Of a stretch of 64,000 nucleotides of DNA, positions 30,258 to 39,289 are shown piece by piece. Numbering within the stretch: the stretch's first letter is position 1; every line of letters begins with the position of its first letter. Origin of the DNA: a virus; IMG/VR virus record IMGVR_UViG_3300044797_000101, positions 1-64,000 of that record; one strand, written 5' to 3'. Made by a program: the position numbers and the translations under genes. Under the pieces are notes generated by a model. That model made no database searches, was not told the DNA's origin, and worked only from the letters and a program-made list of their open reading frames with translations.

Positions 30258-30473
30258 TCATAATATTTTTACTATATCTCGTAAATGAAACGTTTCTACG
30301 CTATTATCAATAATATTTTCAGCGATTGCAACGGTTGCACATGGGTAGGATTTAATAGATCTTATAATGTATCTTTGGCCATCTTTTTCGATGACATCAT
30401 TAATATCAAGTTCTGTATTATTTTTGTCACGATAGCACATTGTAAGAACCTCAACTCTGAGACTTCCTAACAA
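30258..30473 (-). CDS. Small SH3/YopX-like protein
   Basis: RDKNNTELDINDVI resembles the D(K)NG.EI..GDI motif. Confidence 0.45.
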   Translation of the reverse strand: MLGSLRVEVLTMCYRDKNNTELDINDVIEKDGQRYIIRSIKSYPCATVAIAENIIDNSVETFHLRDIVKIL

Positions 30474-30477
30474 CGTG

Positions 30478-32760
30478 TTACTTTAATAGATCTCGTATCC
30501 AAGAAGCTGCGAAGTTTAGAGGTTTTAAAGAAGCTTTTTCTTCTGCAGGAGCTGGTGCTGCTGGTGTGGCATCAACGGGAGCTTTTTTATCTGCATCGTC
30601 ATCTTTATCAAACATTGAAGAATCTGATTCATCTTTCTTTTCATCTTTTTTAGATGTACTAAAATTTCGTGGTTCATCTGGAGAAGCACCACCACCGCCA
30701 CCACCAGAACCTTCACCTTTTCCACCTTCACCTGCACTACCAGGACCATCACCGCTGGCAACATCACCTGCGTCTGTAGTTCCACCAACGTTGCTTATAT
30801 TAATTGTAATTGGCTCACCTTTCTCACCATCACTGTTTGAACCTGTTCCGCTATTACCAGAAATGGTTACATTTACAGTACCAGCTCCACCAGTAGATGC
30901 TCCACCTGTTGCTGCACCGCCGGTTCCTGCGCCACCAATTCCGCTACCAACACCACCGGTTGAAGCACCACCGGGACTTGATCCGCCTGTTTCTGTATTT
31001 GTTCGAGTTGGGGAAGTTGTATCACCAGTTGAAGCTGCTGGTGCTGGAGGAACAACCGCTGCTGCGGCAGGAGCTGCGACTGGAGCTGCTGGTGCAACAA
31101 CTGCTGCTGGAGCAACTGCAGGTTCTGCTTTAGGTGCTGCATCTGCGGGAGCTTTATCTTTATCTTCGTCTTTATCAGCAGGAGCAACTGGAGCAGCTGC
31201 AGTTTTAAGGGAAGCTGATTTAATAGTTCCTGTAGTAATCTCTTCTTCTGATTCTTTGATATTAGTAGGTTGATCAACACGAGCAATAACTTCATTGCCT
31301 TGTTCATCAGTTGTTACAGCCCAAGGACTCTTAACTTCAGCGGTTTTAGAGAGCTCCGCAACTTTCTTAATTACTTCCTCTTTGGAAGCATGAGATTTGA
31401 TCTCATCTTTCTTCTGTTGAAGTTTATCAACCTGATCAAGATGATCTACGTATTCTGATTTATCTTTAATTGGATTTAGCTCTTTCATCTTCATACGAAG
31501 ACGTTTAAGCTTATGTGAATCTGTTTCAGCTTCTGTTTCTAAACTTGCTTTTGCATATGTTAAACCGCAAGCTTCACATGCCATATGTTCTTTCTGACCG
31601 TTATTAAGATCTTTACCCATAGATGCACAAACTGGGCAACCTGACGCAATCTTATTGAATTGAAATTTTAAGAATGAAACAGCCATTGGAACACCAGCAT
31701 GTTCATACTGCTGTTCATCTGGAGTCCATTCACCTTCGTCACTAAAATCATTCAACATTGACTGCATCTCGCTAACAGGCATATACTGCATCAAAAGATC
31801 TAGAATAACTTCTTCGCCACCACCTTCACACATCTGCTTAAAGGCTTCGCGAATAACGTTCTCATCTAAAGGTTGAGGAGCAACTTTATCAGCATCCATA
31901 ATAGAAATGTTATCAGCATTTTTCTTTATATGCTTAACTGTACCGTCTGGACCTTTTTGAGCTCCGCAATTTGCGCAAGATAAGCCTGTTGGATCTGAGA
32001 GAATCATATCTCCTGCACCACATTCACCAGAAGCAGTTTTTATAGAAGCTTCTTTGCTTGTACCAGCTACGATATCTTTCTGAAGTACTCCAGCTTCCTG
32101 GGTTACTTCTTTACGTTCATCGGCTTCGCGACCATTACCTGGGATTGCTTTCTCAGCATCTTTAGGCAATTTGAATTTATCTTCGGAAGGATGTTCAAAG
32201 TCATGCGCCTTCTCAGGAACATCAGTACGGAATAAATCTTTTTCTTTGACTTCTGCTGGTACTGCATCTTTTGTAAATTGTTTGAAAGCCTTCTGCCAGT
32301 CAAGCATTGTAGCATCAGGAATGAGCTCAAGCAGAGCCTTCTCTGCTTTCTCGCGTGAGGAAGCTACTTCTGCTTTCGCTTTCTCTTTCAATTCATAGAA
32401 CATCTCGCTTGTATTCTGCGCTTTATGACCACGCGCTTCAGCCAACATCTCGGCTAGAGCATAGTCAGAAAGGCTTGATACATCGCGTTTATAATCACGA
32501 TTCATAACTTCTTCAGGAGTTACACCATCGGCGATAACATCATCTAGAGCAGCTGTTTTACCAAGAGTCATTGCCTCTTGTTTTAGCTTCTCACGATATT
32601 CGGCTTCAACAGTGACAGGATCAAGATCTAATACATCATTAACCCAAGGATGAGCTACGACCTTACGATCAAAATGATCTTGTTTATCAGTTCCCTGACT
32701 TTCCATAGCCTCTTTAGAAATTTTATTTCCCATCATATTATCAAGCCATTCTTTTGCCAT
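30478..32760 (-). CDS. Large modular protein (760 aa) with K-x-A linkers and Ala/Pro/Gly-rich tail
   Basis: SKEA, GKTA, IKTA, NKIA, SKTA, LKTA; two Zn ribbons; GGASTGG repeats. Confidence 0.65.
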   Translation of the reverse strand: MAKEWLDNMMGNKISKEAMESQGTDKQDHFDRKVVAHPWVNDVLDLDPVTVEAEYREKLKQEAMTLGKTAALDDVIADGVTPEEVMNRDYKRDVSSLSDYALAEMLAEARGHKAQNTSEMFYELKEKAKAEVASSREKAEKALLELIPDATMLDWQKAFKQFTKDAVPAEVKEKDLFRTDVPEKAHDFEHPSEDKFKLPKDAEKAIPGNGREADERKEVTQEAGVLQKDIVAGTSKEASIKTASGECGAGDMILSDPTGLSCANCGAQKGPDGTVKHIKKNADNISIMDADKVAPQPLDENVIREAFKQMCEGGGEEVILDLLMQYMPVSEMQSMLNDFSDEGEWTPDEQQYEHAGVPMAVSFLKFQFNKIASGCPVCASMGKDLNNGQKEHMACEACGLTYAKASLETEAETDSHKLKRLRMKMKELNPIKDKSEYVDHLDQVDKLQQKKDEIKSHASKEEVIKKVAELSKTAEVKSPWAVTTDEQGNEVIARVDQPTNIKESEEEITTGTIKSASLKTAAAPVAPADKDEDKDKAPADAAPKAEPAVAPAAVVAPAAPVAAPAAAAVVPPAPAASTGDTTSPTRTNTETGGSSPGGASTGGVGSGIGGAGTGGAATGGASTGGAGTVNVTISGNSGTGSNSDGEKGEPITINISNVGGTTDAGDVASGDGPGSAGEGGKGEGSGGGGGGASPDEPRNFSTSKKDEKKDESDSSMFDKDDDADKKAPVDATPAAPAPAEEKASLKPLNFAASWIRDLLK

Positions 32761-32920
32761 TGTAATTCTCCTTAAATTTATTCCTCAGCTGTTAAGCCAA
32801 AATCGTTACATTTAGCGCAATTAGTACATGCGTAACCTGTGTACTCAACGTAGTGTAGATGATATTTAACATCACACCCACACCAACAAGTTTTTATCTT
32901 TAATTCTTTTGGAGTTTTTT

Positions 32921-33097
32921 TCACTTCTTATCCCAGTCAAAAGACAAGTCAGCATCATCCAGTTCAGCTTCTTCCAAAGCTTTCTGAATTTCTTGCTTAT
33001 TGTTTTGTCGTTGGTAGTCTGTTTTGACCTTATGGATTTTTGTGTTTGGATCGAAATCTTTTGGAAACGATTTTCTGATCTTAATCTCATCTTTCAT
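32921..33097 (-). CDS. 58 aa hypothetical protein (first gene after promoter copy C)
   Basis: Hand translation MKDEIKIRKSFPKDFDPNTKIHKVKTDYQRQNNKQEIQKALEEAELDDADLSFDWDKK; more protein-like than the overlapping track ORF. Confidence 0.55.
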   Translation of the reverse strand: MKDEIKIRKSFPKDFDPNTKIHKVKTDYQRQNNKQEIQKALEEAELDDADLSFDWDKK

Positions 33098-33122
33098 ATT
33101 GTTATCTACTAATAAAGCAAAA

Positions 33123-33172
33123 TTAGAACGTAGAACTCCTATTAATACATCAAAATATTATACTTTTCTACT
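33123..33172 (-). promoter_or_regulatory. Conserved ~45 bp element, copy C
   Basis: AGTAGAAAAGTATAATATTTTgaTGTATTAATAGGAGttCTACGTTCTAA; at the head of the large-protein block. Confidence 0.7.
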
Positions 33173-33188
33173 TGACAATGATTGTTAT

Positions 33189-33815
33189 CTACTTATGTTT
33201 ACGCTTCACAGCAGGTTTTACAATCTCGTGAACAATACCAGCTTTTAAAGCATCTTCAGGAAAATAATAATAGTTTAATCCAGTATTCAACATAACGAAC
33301 CAATCCTTTTTAGGGAGATTAGTTCTAGAGGCATACCAAACAGACCATCTCTCAAAGTAACGTCTATGAAGATCAGATTCTGTCATAATCTGAGGAAGGG
33401 TTTGATATTCGAATCGAGAAGATCCAGAATGCATCATTAGGATTGTATTAGGGTAAACAACACGTTTATCCCCAGCAAGAAAGATATCAAAGGCAGCAGA
33501 CATTGCTTGACCTAGGGCAATTGTAGTAACTTGAGCCTTGCATGTAAGGATAGCGTCTACAACCATTTGACCATCTTCAACTGAACCACCAGGAGAATTA
33601 ATTATAATTTTAATGGGTTTATTAGAATTACCCATACGCCCAAGAGGAAGTACAATACGTTCTATAACGCTCTTGTCAATTACGCCATTATATAGAATTG
33701 TACGATCTTTTAAAAGGGCTTTATATGTCTCGACCTCAAACTCAGAAAACGGATTAAACTGATTAGATGCTTGCTCTTCATCTTCATCATCGTGTGTTTG
33801 GTCTTGAGGTTTCAT
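33189..33815 (-). CDS. clpP: ClpP-family protease (divergent)
   Basis: IINSPGGS, GQAMSAA (Ser), MMHS (His), ALKAGIVHEI. Confidence 0.85.
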   Translation of the reverse strand: MKPQDQTHDDEDEEQASNQFNPFSEFEVETYKALLKDRTILYNGVIDKSVIERIVLPLGRMGNSNKPIKIIINSPGGSVEDGQMVVDAILTCKAQVTTIALGQAMSAAFDIFLAGDKRVVYPNTILMMHSGSSRFEYQTLPQIMTESDLHRRYFERWSVWYASRTNLPKKDWFVMLNTGLNYYYFPEDALKAGIVHEIVKPAVKRKHK

Positions 33816-33963
33816 CGTGTTTCTCCTTTTTGCTTAAGACGAACTCTAAATACTCTAAATTGTCAGACGGTTTGCAATCTTCAATTCCACCCCATTCAGC
33901 AACATGTCGATTATCTGGAAGAAATGGAACACCACATCTACAATAGCTTTTGTACTTTTTCAT
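33787..33963 (-). CDS. 58 aa Cys protein with DNLEYLE tag (not in ORF track)
   Basis: Hand translation MKKYKSYCRCG...H...DCKPSDNLEYLEFVLSKK. Confidence 0.7.
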   Translation of the reverse strand: MKKYKSYCRCGVPFLPDNRHVAEWGGIEDCKPSDNLEYLEFVLSKKEKHDETSRPNTR

Positions 33964-34070
33964 TTACTTCTGTGATTCAAATAATTACACTCAACACATC
34001 GATATTCTTGCTCACTCACTTGCACTGCAACCCCATTACAAAGCATACAACGTGTATTAGACGATTCCAT

Positions 34071-34325
34071 TTAAACTCCCTCTAAGTCGCATACCGGTTT
34101 ATCTATCTCAATATAACGTGAAGCATTGATAAGCCAAATCTTTTGGCCTCTAGCTTTTTGAAACCTACCGTAAACATCTCCAAGTCCTTCATGACAAACC
34201 ATTTCAGGGTTTCCATGAACTTCAGTGCGCTTGCCGTTCTGATCAACTAAATAATTGCCTTCACTACTCCAGTGAATACTGAGTGGTTGTACTAAGGCAA
34301 CTAAGATTAAGAATTTTCTGTACAT
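34071..34325 (-). CDS. Small secreted or membrane hypothetical protein
   Basis: Hydrophobic N-terminus. Confidence 0.5.
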   Translation of the reverse strand: MYRKFLILVALVQPLSIHWSSEGNYLVDQNGKRTEVHGNPEMVCHEGLGDVYGRFQKARGQKIWLINASRYIEIDKPVCDLEGV

Positions 34326-34579
34326 TTTTCTTCCATCATTTCTAGATATTTTAAATTATCAACTGGAAAACAAGGTGAACCCACTTCTTTTTCTTCAATC
34401 CTGAATCGACTCTTAAAATCCGCTCTACCTGAAAAGTGTTCTAAATCTGGACCATATTCTTGATCTACAGGATATTTAATGAAGTACTTTCTGTAATTCT
34501 CTGCTTCAGTTTTTGTTTCAAAAATACCTAAGCAATGTCTATCTTCCCACTCAACAAACCAGAGAAGATAGATTTTCAT
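34307..34579 (-). CDS. Hypothetical protein with DNLKYLE tag
   Basis: MKIY..LGIFETK.EAE small-phage-protein pattern followed by FPVDNLKYLE. Confidence 0.7.
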   Translation of the reverse strand: MKIYLLWFVEWEDRHCLGIFETKTEAENYRKYFIKYPVDQEYGPDLEHFSGRADFKSRFRIEEKEVGSPCFPVDNLKYLEMMEEKCTENS

Positions 34580-34803
34580 TTCTTAACCCAATCCTGTAAC
34601 AATTTACCGCAGTCTTCACAAATACGCCCTGATATAAATATAGCACTATTTTTCACAGCTGTCAAGGTTATTGTTTTATCTGATTGAATCTTTATGTTAC
34701 CACAATGGGAACAAATGAATGTAGGAATACTAGGGGGATTTGGTTGAACATTTTCTTGAGTCACACGACTACGACCGTATTTATTACCTTTACCGTATGG
34801 CAT
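34576..34803 (-). CDS. Zn-ribbon protein
   Basis: CSHC...ICEDC. Confidence 0.6.
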   Translation of the reverse strand: MPYGKGNKYGRSRVTQENVQPNPPSIPTFICSHCGNIKIQSDKTITLTAVKNSAIFISGRICEDCGKLLQDWVKK

Positions 34804-34805
34804 TC

Positions 34806-35276
34806 TTATTTACCTTTAAACAGGCCTGGATTGATCTGTTTAGCTTTATCTATTGATCCGTCAAAATTTTTATAGAAGCTATAATCACCATCTCTAGCAA
34901 TCTGTTCCATACCAAGGCATTCGCGACCTTTTGATGTAATCTGTATGTCGTAATCGCGTGGAGAAATTTGCCATGTTACACAAAGCCTACCATTTGGAGT
35001 AGGATGTTCTTTATGGCCACATTGTTCTAAACGAGCAAGTTCTGTACGTCTATTATCAACCAGCATGAGAAGACCACTGTTAAAACACTCTTTAAGCATG
35101 TTCTCAAATACAGTACTAAAATACATTTTTTTAGAGATTTTCTGACCAGGCCAAATCTCCTTACGATTAACTGGATTAGCAATGTGCAAAGATCCAATCA
35201 TAACAGAATCTGTATAATTATGAGGTTTCATATCCCCAAATACTGATAGCACATGATAACGTTGAATCCTTTTCAT
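34806..35276 (-). CDS. Hypothetical protein (possible winged helix)
   Basis: IQITSKGRECL resembles a wHTH wing motif. Confidence 0.55.
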   Translation of the reverse strand: MKRIQRYHVLSVFGDMKPHNYTDSVMIGSLHIANPVNRKEIWPGQKISKKMYFSTVFENMLKECFNSGLLMLVDNRRTELARLEQCGHKEHPTPNGRLCVTWQISPRDYDIQITSKGRECLGMEQIARDGDYSFYKNFDGSIDKAKQINPGLFKGK

Positions 35277-35278
35277 AT

Positions 35279-35554
35279 CTACTCCTTTGACATTAATTGC
35301 TTGTATTCTAGATATGTTAGATTATCGAGCATAGCATTAAGGACCATGAATTCAAGATAAACTTCCATATAACGGCGTGTATACTTGCCTGATTGAAACT
35401 CTCTAAATAACTGCTCTAAGTTTTGCTTAGAAAAAGTAACATTATGATTATCAGTATACGATGGAGCCCAAACAAGATTTCCAGCACCATTATATGTCAA
35501 TGATGAACCGGATAAACCTGATGACGTAGTAACACCTGTAATGTTATTAGACAT
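35279..35554 (-). CDS. Hypothetical protein with DNLTYLE tag
   Basis: AMLDNLTYLEYK near the C-terminus. Confidence 0.65.
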   Translation of the reverse strand: MSNNITGVTTSSGLSGSSLTYNGAGNLVWAPSYTDNHNVTFSKQNLEQLFREFQSGKYTRRYMEVYLEFMVLNAMLDNLTYLEYKQLMSKE

Positions 35555-35556
35555 TT

Positions 35557-36225
35557 TTAGCTATCTAATTCAAGCTGATCTTCACTGAATGTATTACGAA
35601 TAACTTTCTTCTCATAACCGCGTTCAAGCTTACCAGTTTTTTTATTCAAACGAATCTTGGGAATTTTACCACCCTGGAATTCTACGTCAAATACCTTTGC
35701 AGCTTCGTTTCCAATGATACGTGTTACTTTGCCCTTCTTACCAACCCAATTGATTCGGCTAGCAGAAACCATGTAGATGATCTTAACCTTACTGCCTACA
35801 CGAATCTTACCTGACCAGTCATTCTCCTCTTCCTCTTCTTCAAGAGCAAGCTTATTAAGATCTGCTTCAGAAGCATCTTCCAAGGCAACGATCTCAGTAA
35901 CGATGAATTTATCATCACCAGGAACTTCTGCAACTGGAATAACAACCTTCGCGGCTGGTTTAATCTCACCAACTTCCTCAAGGATAGGTTTATCCTCCGA
36001 AACTGCTGTAGGAATTGAACCACCCATAAATGCTAATACTTCTTCTACAGTTTTACCTGTTTGAGCAGCGATCATTTGGGCCATTGCAAACTTTGGATCA
36101 ACTGGTTTAGCTGCTGTAGATACACCAGCCATAGCAGCAAAAATCCTGGCTTGTTCAGCATTCATACCCTGATTGTCTGCAACATACAGCGGATCATGCG
36201 CATCTCTTTGAATAAATTCACCCAT
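35557..36225 (-). CDS. Hypothetical protein with C-terminal SH3/KOW-like domain
   Basis: IRVGSKVKI..GKKGKV..FDVEF..FSEDQLE; GGAGG RBS. Confidence 0.65.
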   Translation of the reverse strand: MGEFIQRDAHDPLYVADNQGMNAEQARIFAAMAGVSTAAKPVDPKFAMAQMIAAQTGKTVEEVLAFMGGSIPTAVSEDKPILEEVGEIKPAAKVVIPVAEVPGDDKFIVTEIVALEDASEADLNKLALEEEEEENDWSGKIRVGSKVKIIYMVSASRINWVGKKGKVTRIIGNEAAKVFDVEFQGGKIPKIRLNKKTGKLERGYEKKVIRNTFSEDQLELDS

Positions 36226-36621
36226 TATAATTTTCCTCCTATGTAAGCTATAAATCTTTTAAACAACTGTTTATTGTCAAATACATGTAGTCTTGTGTTG
36301 CATCTACCACAAATTACACCTCTAAACCTACCAGTATGATGATTATGGTCAACTACTAGTTTTCTAGATACTAAACAAATAAGACATTTATTATCTTGCT
36401 GTTTACGTATTCTATTAAATTGCTCTAACGTAATGCCGTATTTGTATTTCAATTTAATATTTCTAAGTTTATCAGGATTTGCTTTATTCCATAATCTACT
36501 ACGTTTATTTTTATACTGTCTATTTTTTTTCTACACCATGCTCTTTGTGCATCTGCTTTTTTTCTTCTTATTCTTTAAATACCAAAGATGATCAAGATAT
36601 TTTTTTATGACTTCTATTCAT
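36225..36621 (-). pseudogene. Endonuclease VII-type HNH nuclease, 5' part broken by three homopolymer frameshifts
   Basis: Core YGITLEQF..QDNKCLIC..LVVDHNH.TGRFRG..C.RCN at 36225-36452; upstream ATG 36621 joins only if A7/A7/A8 runs are corrected. Confidence 0.7.
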
Positions 36622-36630
36622 AAATACCTA

Positions 36631-36792
36631 TTAATTCTCCTTGAATTGAAAACATCTCACTTCACCTGAGCACTGTAAACACCAACCTTGGCTCAAGTAA
36701 AGTGCCATTCCTAATCCGACCTCGACTTGCCCAGCTTTACCTGTATGGGCAAGTTGAATATGTTGACATCCACTGCATAACTTCTCACTCAT
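36631..36792 (-). CDS. 53 aa Zn-finger protein (untagged family member)
   Basis: Hand translation MSEKLCSGCQHIQLAH...WCLQC....RCFQFKEN. Confidence 0.6.
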   Translation of the reverse strand: MSEKLCSGCQHIQLAHTGKAGQVEVGLGMALYLSQGWCLQCSGEVRCFQFKEN

Positions 36793-36793
36793 A

Positions 36794-37153
36794 TTAAGCT
36801 TGAGGAGGAACTACCGCAGCATCAACTGGTGTTGCAGCTACCTGCTGAACCTGTTGTGTTGTTGGAACAATGATTTCAGGAGCTGCAGCTTTCGCGGCTG
36901 CATCTTCAGCTTCTTTCTGCATTTCCTTAATAATCTCACCAGACATCTCTGTCATTTCAGCTTCAGTAATGTTATTCTTTTTGATAAGCAAACGTTGAAT
37001 GGCAAGGAGACGAATTTCTTTCCCGGTTGAATCCAAACGAATGGCCTGTTGAAAGTTCTGAATGAACTGAACAATCTGTTGACCTTGTTGTGCAACCTGA
37101 TTAATTTTAGCTTCTAACTGATGAACTAAACCGTAAACTGTATCATCTCGCAT
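36794..37153 (-). CDS. Hypothetical coiled-coil protein
   Basis: AGGAG RBS; helical. Confidence 0.6.
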   Translation of the reverse strand: MRDDTVYGLVHQLEAKINQVAQQGQQIVQFIQNFQQAIRLDSTGKEIRLLAIQRLLIKKNNITEAEMTEMSGEIIKEMQKEAEDAAAKAAAPEIIVPTTQQVQQVAATPVDAAVVPPQA

Positions 37154-37367
37154 GGTGAAACTCCTATTTAGTAAAATTAACTACGTAATCAATGGTTTCT
37201 GTAGGCATTTGAAACAGAACTTTATTATGATCATTATCATCGACCACATTAATCATTCTGCGTTGAGCTGTAACAACCAAGTGCTTGGTTACTACCAATC
37301 CGATGGTTGTAAGAACCAGCAAACAGGTCAGGCTGTAAAAGACATGAAATAACGCCTTCATGTTATT

Positions 37368-37553
37368 TTACTGAGCTGCTGTTTCTAGTGGTGTTTCTGC
37401 TGTGACTGGTTTGAGCTCACGGAGCCAATTGTATATAGTAGGAACTGAAACTCCAAACTGTTTAGCAATCGCTTCATAATGCTTTGGACCCTGTTCTGCT
37501 GCAGCTGCGAGTACTGCTGTGCGTGTTTCTGCGCTGATTGATCGACGTGCCAT
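37368..37553 (-). CDS. Small helix-turn-helix DNA-binding protein
   Basis: AIAKQFGVSVPTIYNW; start MARRS after AAGGAG. Confidence 0.8.
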   Translation of the reverse strand: MARRSISAETRTAVLAAAAEQGPKHYEAIAKQFGVSVPTIYNWLRELKPVTAETPLETAAQ

Positions 37554-37569
37554 TGTATATCTCCTTAGG

Positions 37570-38064
37570 TTATTTCGTTGTGTTGTCAATTATCTGGGAT
37601 TTTCGTAACTGCAAATAATCATAAATCACCTGCTCATTTAACTCTTCTTTTAGTCTAATGTCTTCTGTTGCCGCGGAAGCTTGTGCAATCCAGCAATTAA
37701 CCAGTCTTGATATATCACCGTCATTTACATCAAATTCCTCTAAAAGAATACGAGCAGCCAATTGCAATTCATCAACAGTTGGTTGACCATTACCTAGCAA
37801 GTACCAGCTCACAAGTTTAGTAGCAGCTTGATGACGTACACGATAGTCTTTGCTGACCATACCTTCTTTAAAAGTATCAAATGATCCATCGGACATTTGA
37901 GTTAAATCAAATATATTAAACTCTGGAACAACTAATTTATTGGCCAATCGTGTCAATTGAGCAGCAAGTTGCAATAGCAAATTAGACAACAATCCTTTAA
38001 ACTTATTCATTATTCTTATCCTCGCTTTTATTGTATGCTTCTTCAACGATCTCAAGCCCATCAA
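37570..38064 (-). CDS. Hypothetical protein
   Basis: ORF; probable start MNKFKG. Confidence 0.55.
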   Translation of the reverse strand: MMGLRSLKKHTIKARIRIMNKFKGLLSNLLLQLAAQLTRLANKLVVPEFNIFDLTQMSDGSFDTFKEGMVSKDYRVRHQAATKLVSWYLLGNGQPTVDELQLAARILLEEFDVNDGDISRLVNCWIAQASAATEDIRLKEELNEQVIYDYLQLRKSQIIDNTTK

Positions 38065-38467
38065 GATCTTCTTTTTTCGTATGATCTAAACATGCGGTAT
38101 ACAACCAACCATGTCCGCGTATCGCACCTAGCTTGCCACATTGTTCACAAATAGTAGCTGTTTCCTCTTCCCAAGCTTCAACAAGGTTGTGCATCTCTTC
38201 TGTTCCTGATGATAGATACCAACGACCTGTACCATATTTTTCTTTAAGTTGAGAAGTTCTATAGTATCCATATTCGTGTGCTTCTGGGTCTTTCTCAATA
38301 GCAGCTTTAATAAGCGGTTCAAGCTTCTCTGCGGTCTTTCTAATAGAAGGTTCCCAACCATCGCTACATTCAAATCCAAACATAGACCAAGGTTCTTTAC
38401 CAGTTGGATTGCGCGCAAATGTCAACGGAAAATCTTTTACTAATGCTTCGTCTAATTTATGTTTCAT
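38003..38467 (-). CDS. Conserved phage hypothetical protein
   Basis: GFECSDGW...QLKEKYGTGRWY...ICEQCG.....GW..TAC..H, a pattern common in large phages. Confidence 0.7.
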   Translation of the reverse strand: MKHKLDEALVKDFPLTFARNPTGKEPWSMFGFECSDGWEPSIRKTAEKLEPLIKAAIEKDPEAHEYGYYRTSQLKEKYGTGRWYLSSGTEEMHNLVEAWEEETATICEQCGKLGAIRGHGWLYTACLDHTKKEDLDGLEIVEEAYNKSEDKNNE

Positions 38468-38913
38468 AATTTCATCAAGTGACTTATAATAAGTTTTCCA
38501 TTGAGGTGATCAGCTTCATGTTGAACAATGCGTGCATCAAATCCTGTAAATTCTAAATTAACTTTTTCACCGTTAAGTCGTTGACACTCAACACGAACAC
38601 CAAGATAACGAGGAACATTCACATTCGTACCTGGGCAACTTAAGCAACCTTCTGTCAATGTGTCCACCTCTTTACTATACCCTGTTATTATAAGATTCGC
38701 AACTACTAAAATTTTAGATTTGTTTTCTATGTATAAAGCTGCAAGATTCTTATTTAGTCCAATTTGATTTGCTGCAAGCCCAATACCTTTATAAGCAAGC
38801 ATTGTTTCAATCATATCACCAGCAATGTTATCTAGTCCAGTAAAATCAGTAACAAGATCAACTTTCTTATTTAAAATTGGTTCTATATATAACCTAACTG
38901 GTTTTACGCTCAC
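38464..38913 (-). CDS. def: Peptide deformylase
   Basis: GIGLAANQIG, EGCLS, QHEADHLNG. Confidence 0.95.
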   Translation of the reverse strand: MSVKPVRLYIEPILNKKVDLVTDFTGLDNIAGDMIETMLAYKGIGLAANQIGLNKNLAALYIENKSKILVVANLIITGYSKEVDTLTEGCLSCPGTNVNVPRYLGVRVECQRLNGEKVNLEFTGFDARIVQHEADHLNGKLIISHLMKL

Positions 38914-39289
38914 TCAATGCCTCCAAGTACTTAAGATTGTCTACCTTAAAAATCTTACACTGACAATCACGACATTTACTGTACTGTGCTCTTAATTTCT
39001 CTGCTTCTTGAAATGCAGCTTCATACGTATAATATTGCTGCTGATCACGATCCATAACATGATAACCAACGACACCCATCTTGTCCGGATGACGGACTAC
39101 AGTTATACCCTTCTGGCTCTCAAGCTTAAGCAATAATTCATGTGATGAAGTATCTTCATGATATCTGTGAAGATATTCTGCATGATTACATGTGCACATC
39201 TTTTTAACAGATTCGTTCATTTCTATCAAGCCATTCAATAAATTCAAGATTATCCATTGGTTTAAACTTCTTACACTTACACTTCCCAT
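38894..39289 (-). CDS. Zn-finger protein with insertion and DNLKYLE tag
   Basis: CTCNH....H...CRDCQCKIFKVDNLKYLE; probable start MNESV. Confidence 0.7.
   Translation of the reverse strand: MGSVSVRSLNQWIILNLLNGLIEMNESVKKMCTCNHAEYLHRYHEDTSSHELLLKLESQKGITVVRHPDKMGVVGYHVMDRDQQQYYTYEAAFQEAEKLRAQYSKCRDCQCKIFKVDNLKYLEALSERKTS

Noticed and set aside
32872-33090. Track ORF of 72 aa
   Set aside because: The overlapping frame 32921-33097 gives a more protein-like sequence and was preferred.
37368-37553. IS3-family transposase
   Set aside because: Only a 61 aa HTH is present, with no DDE ORF or terminal inverted repeats.
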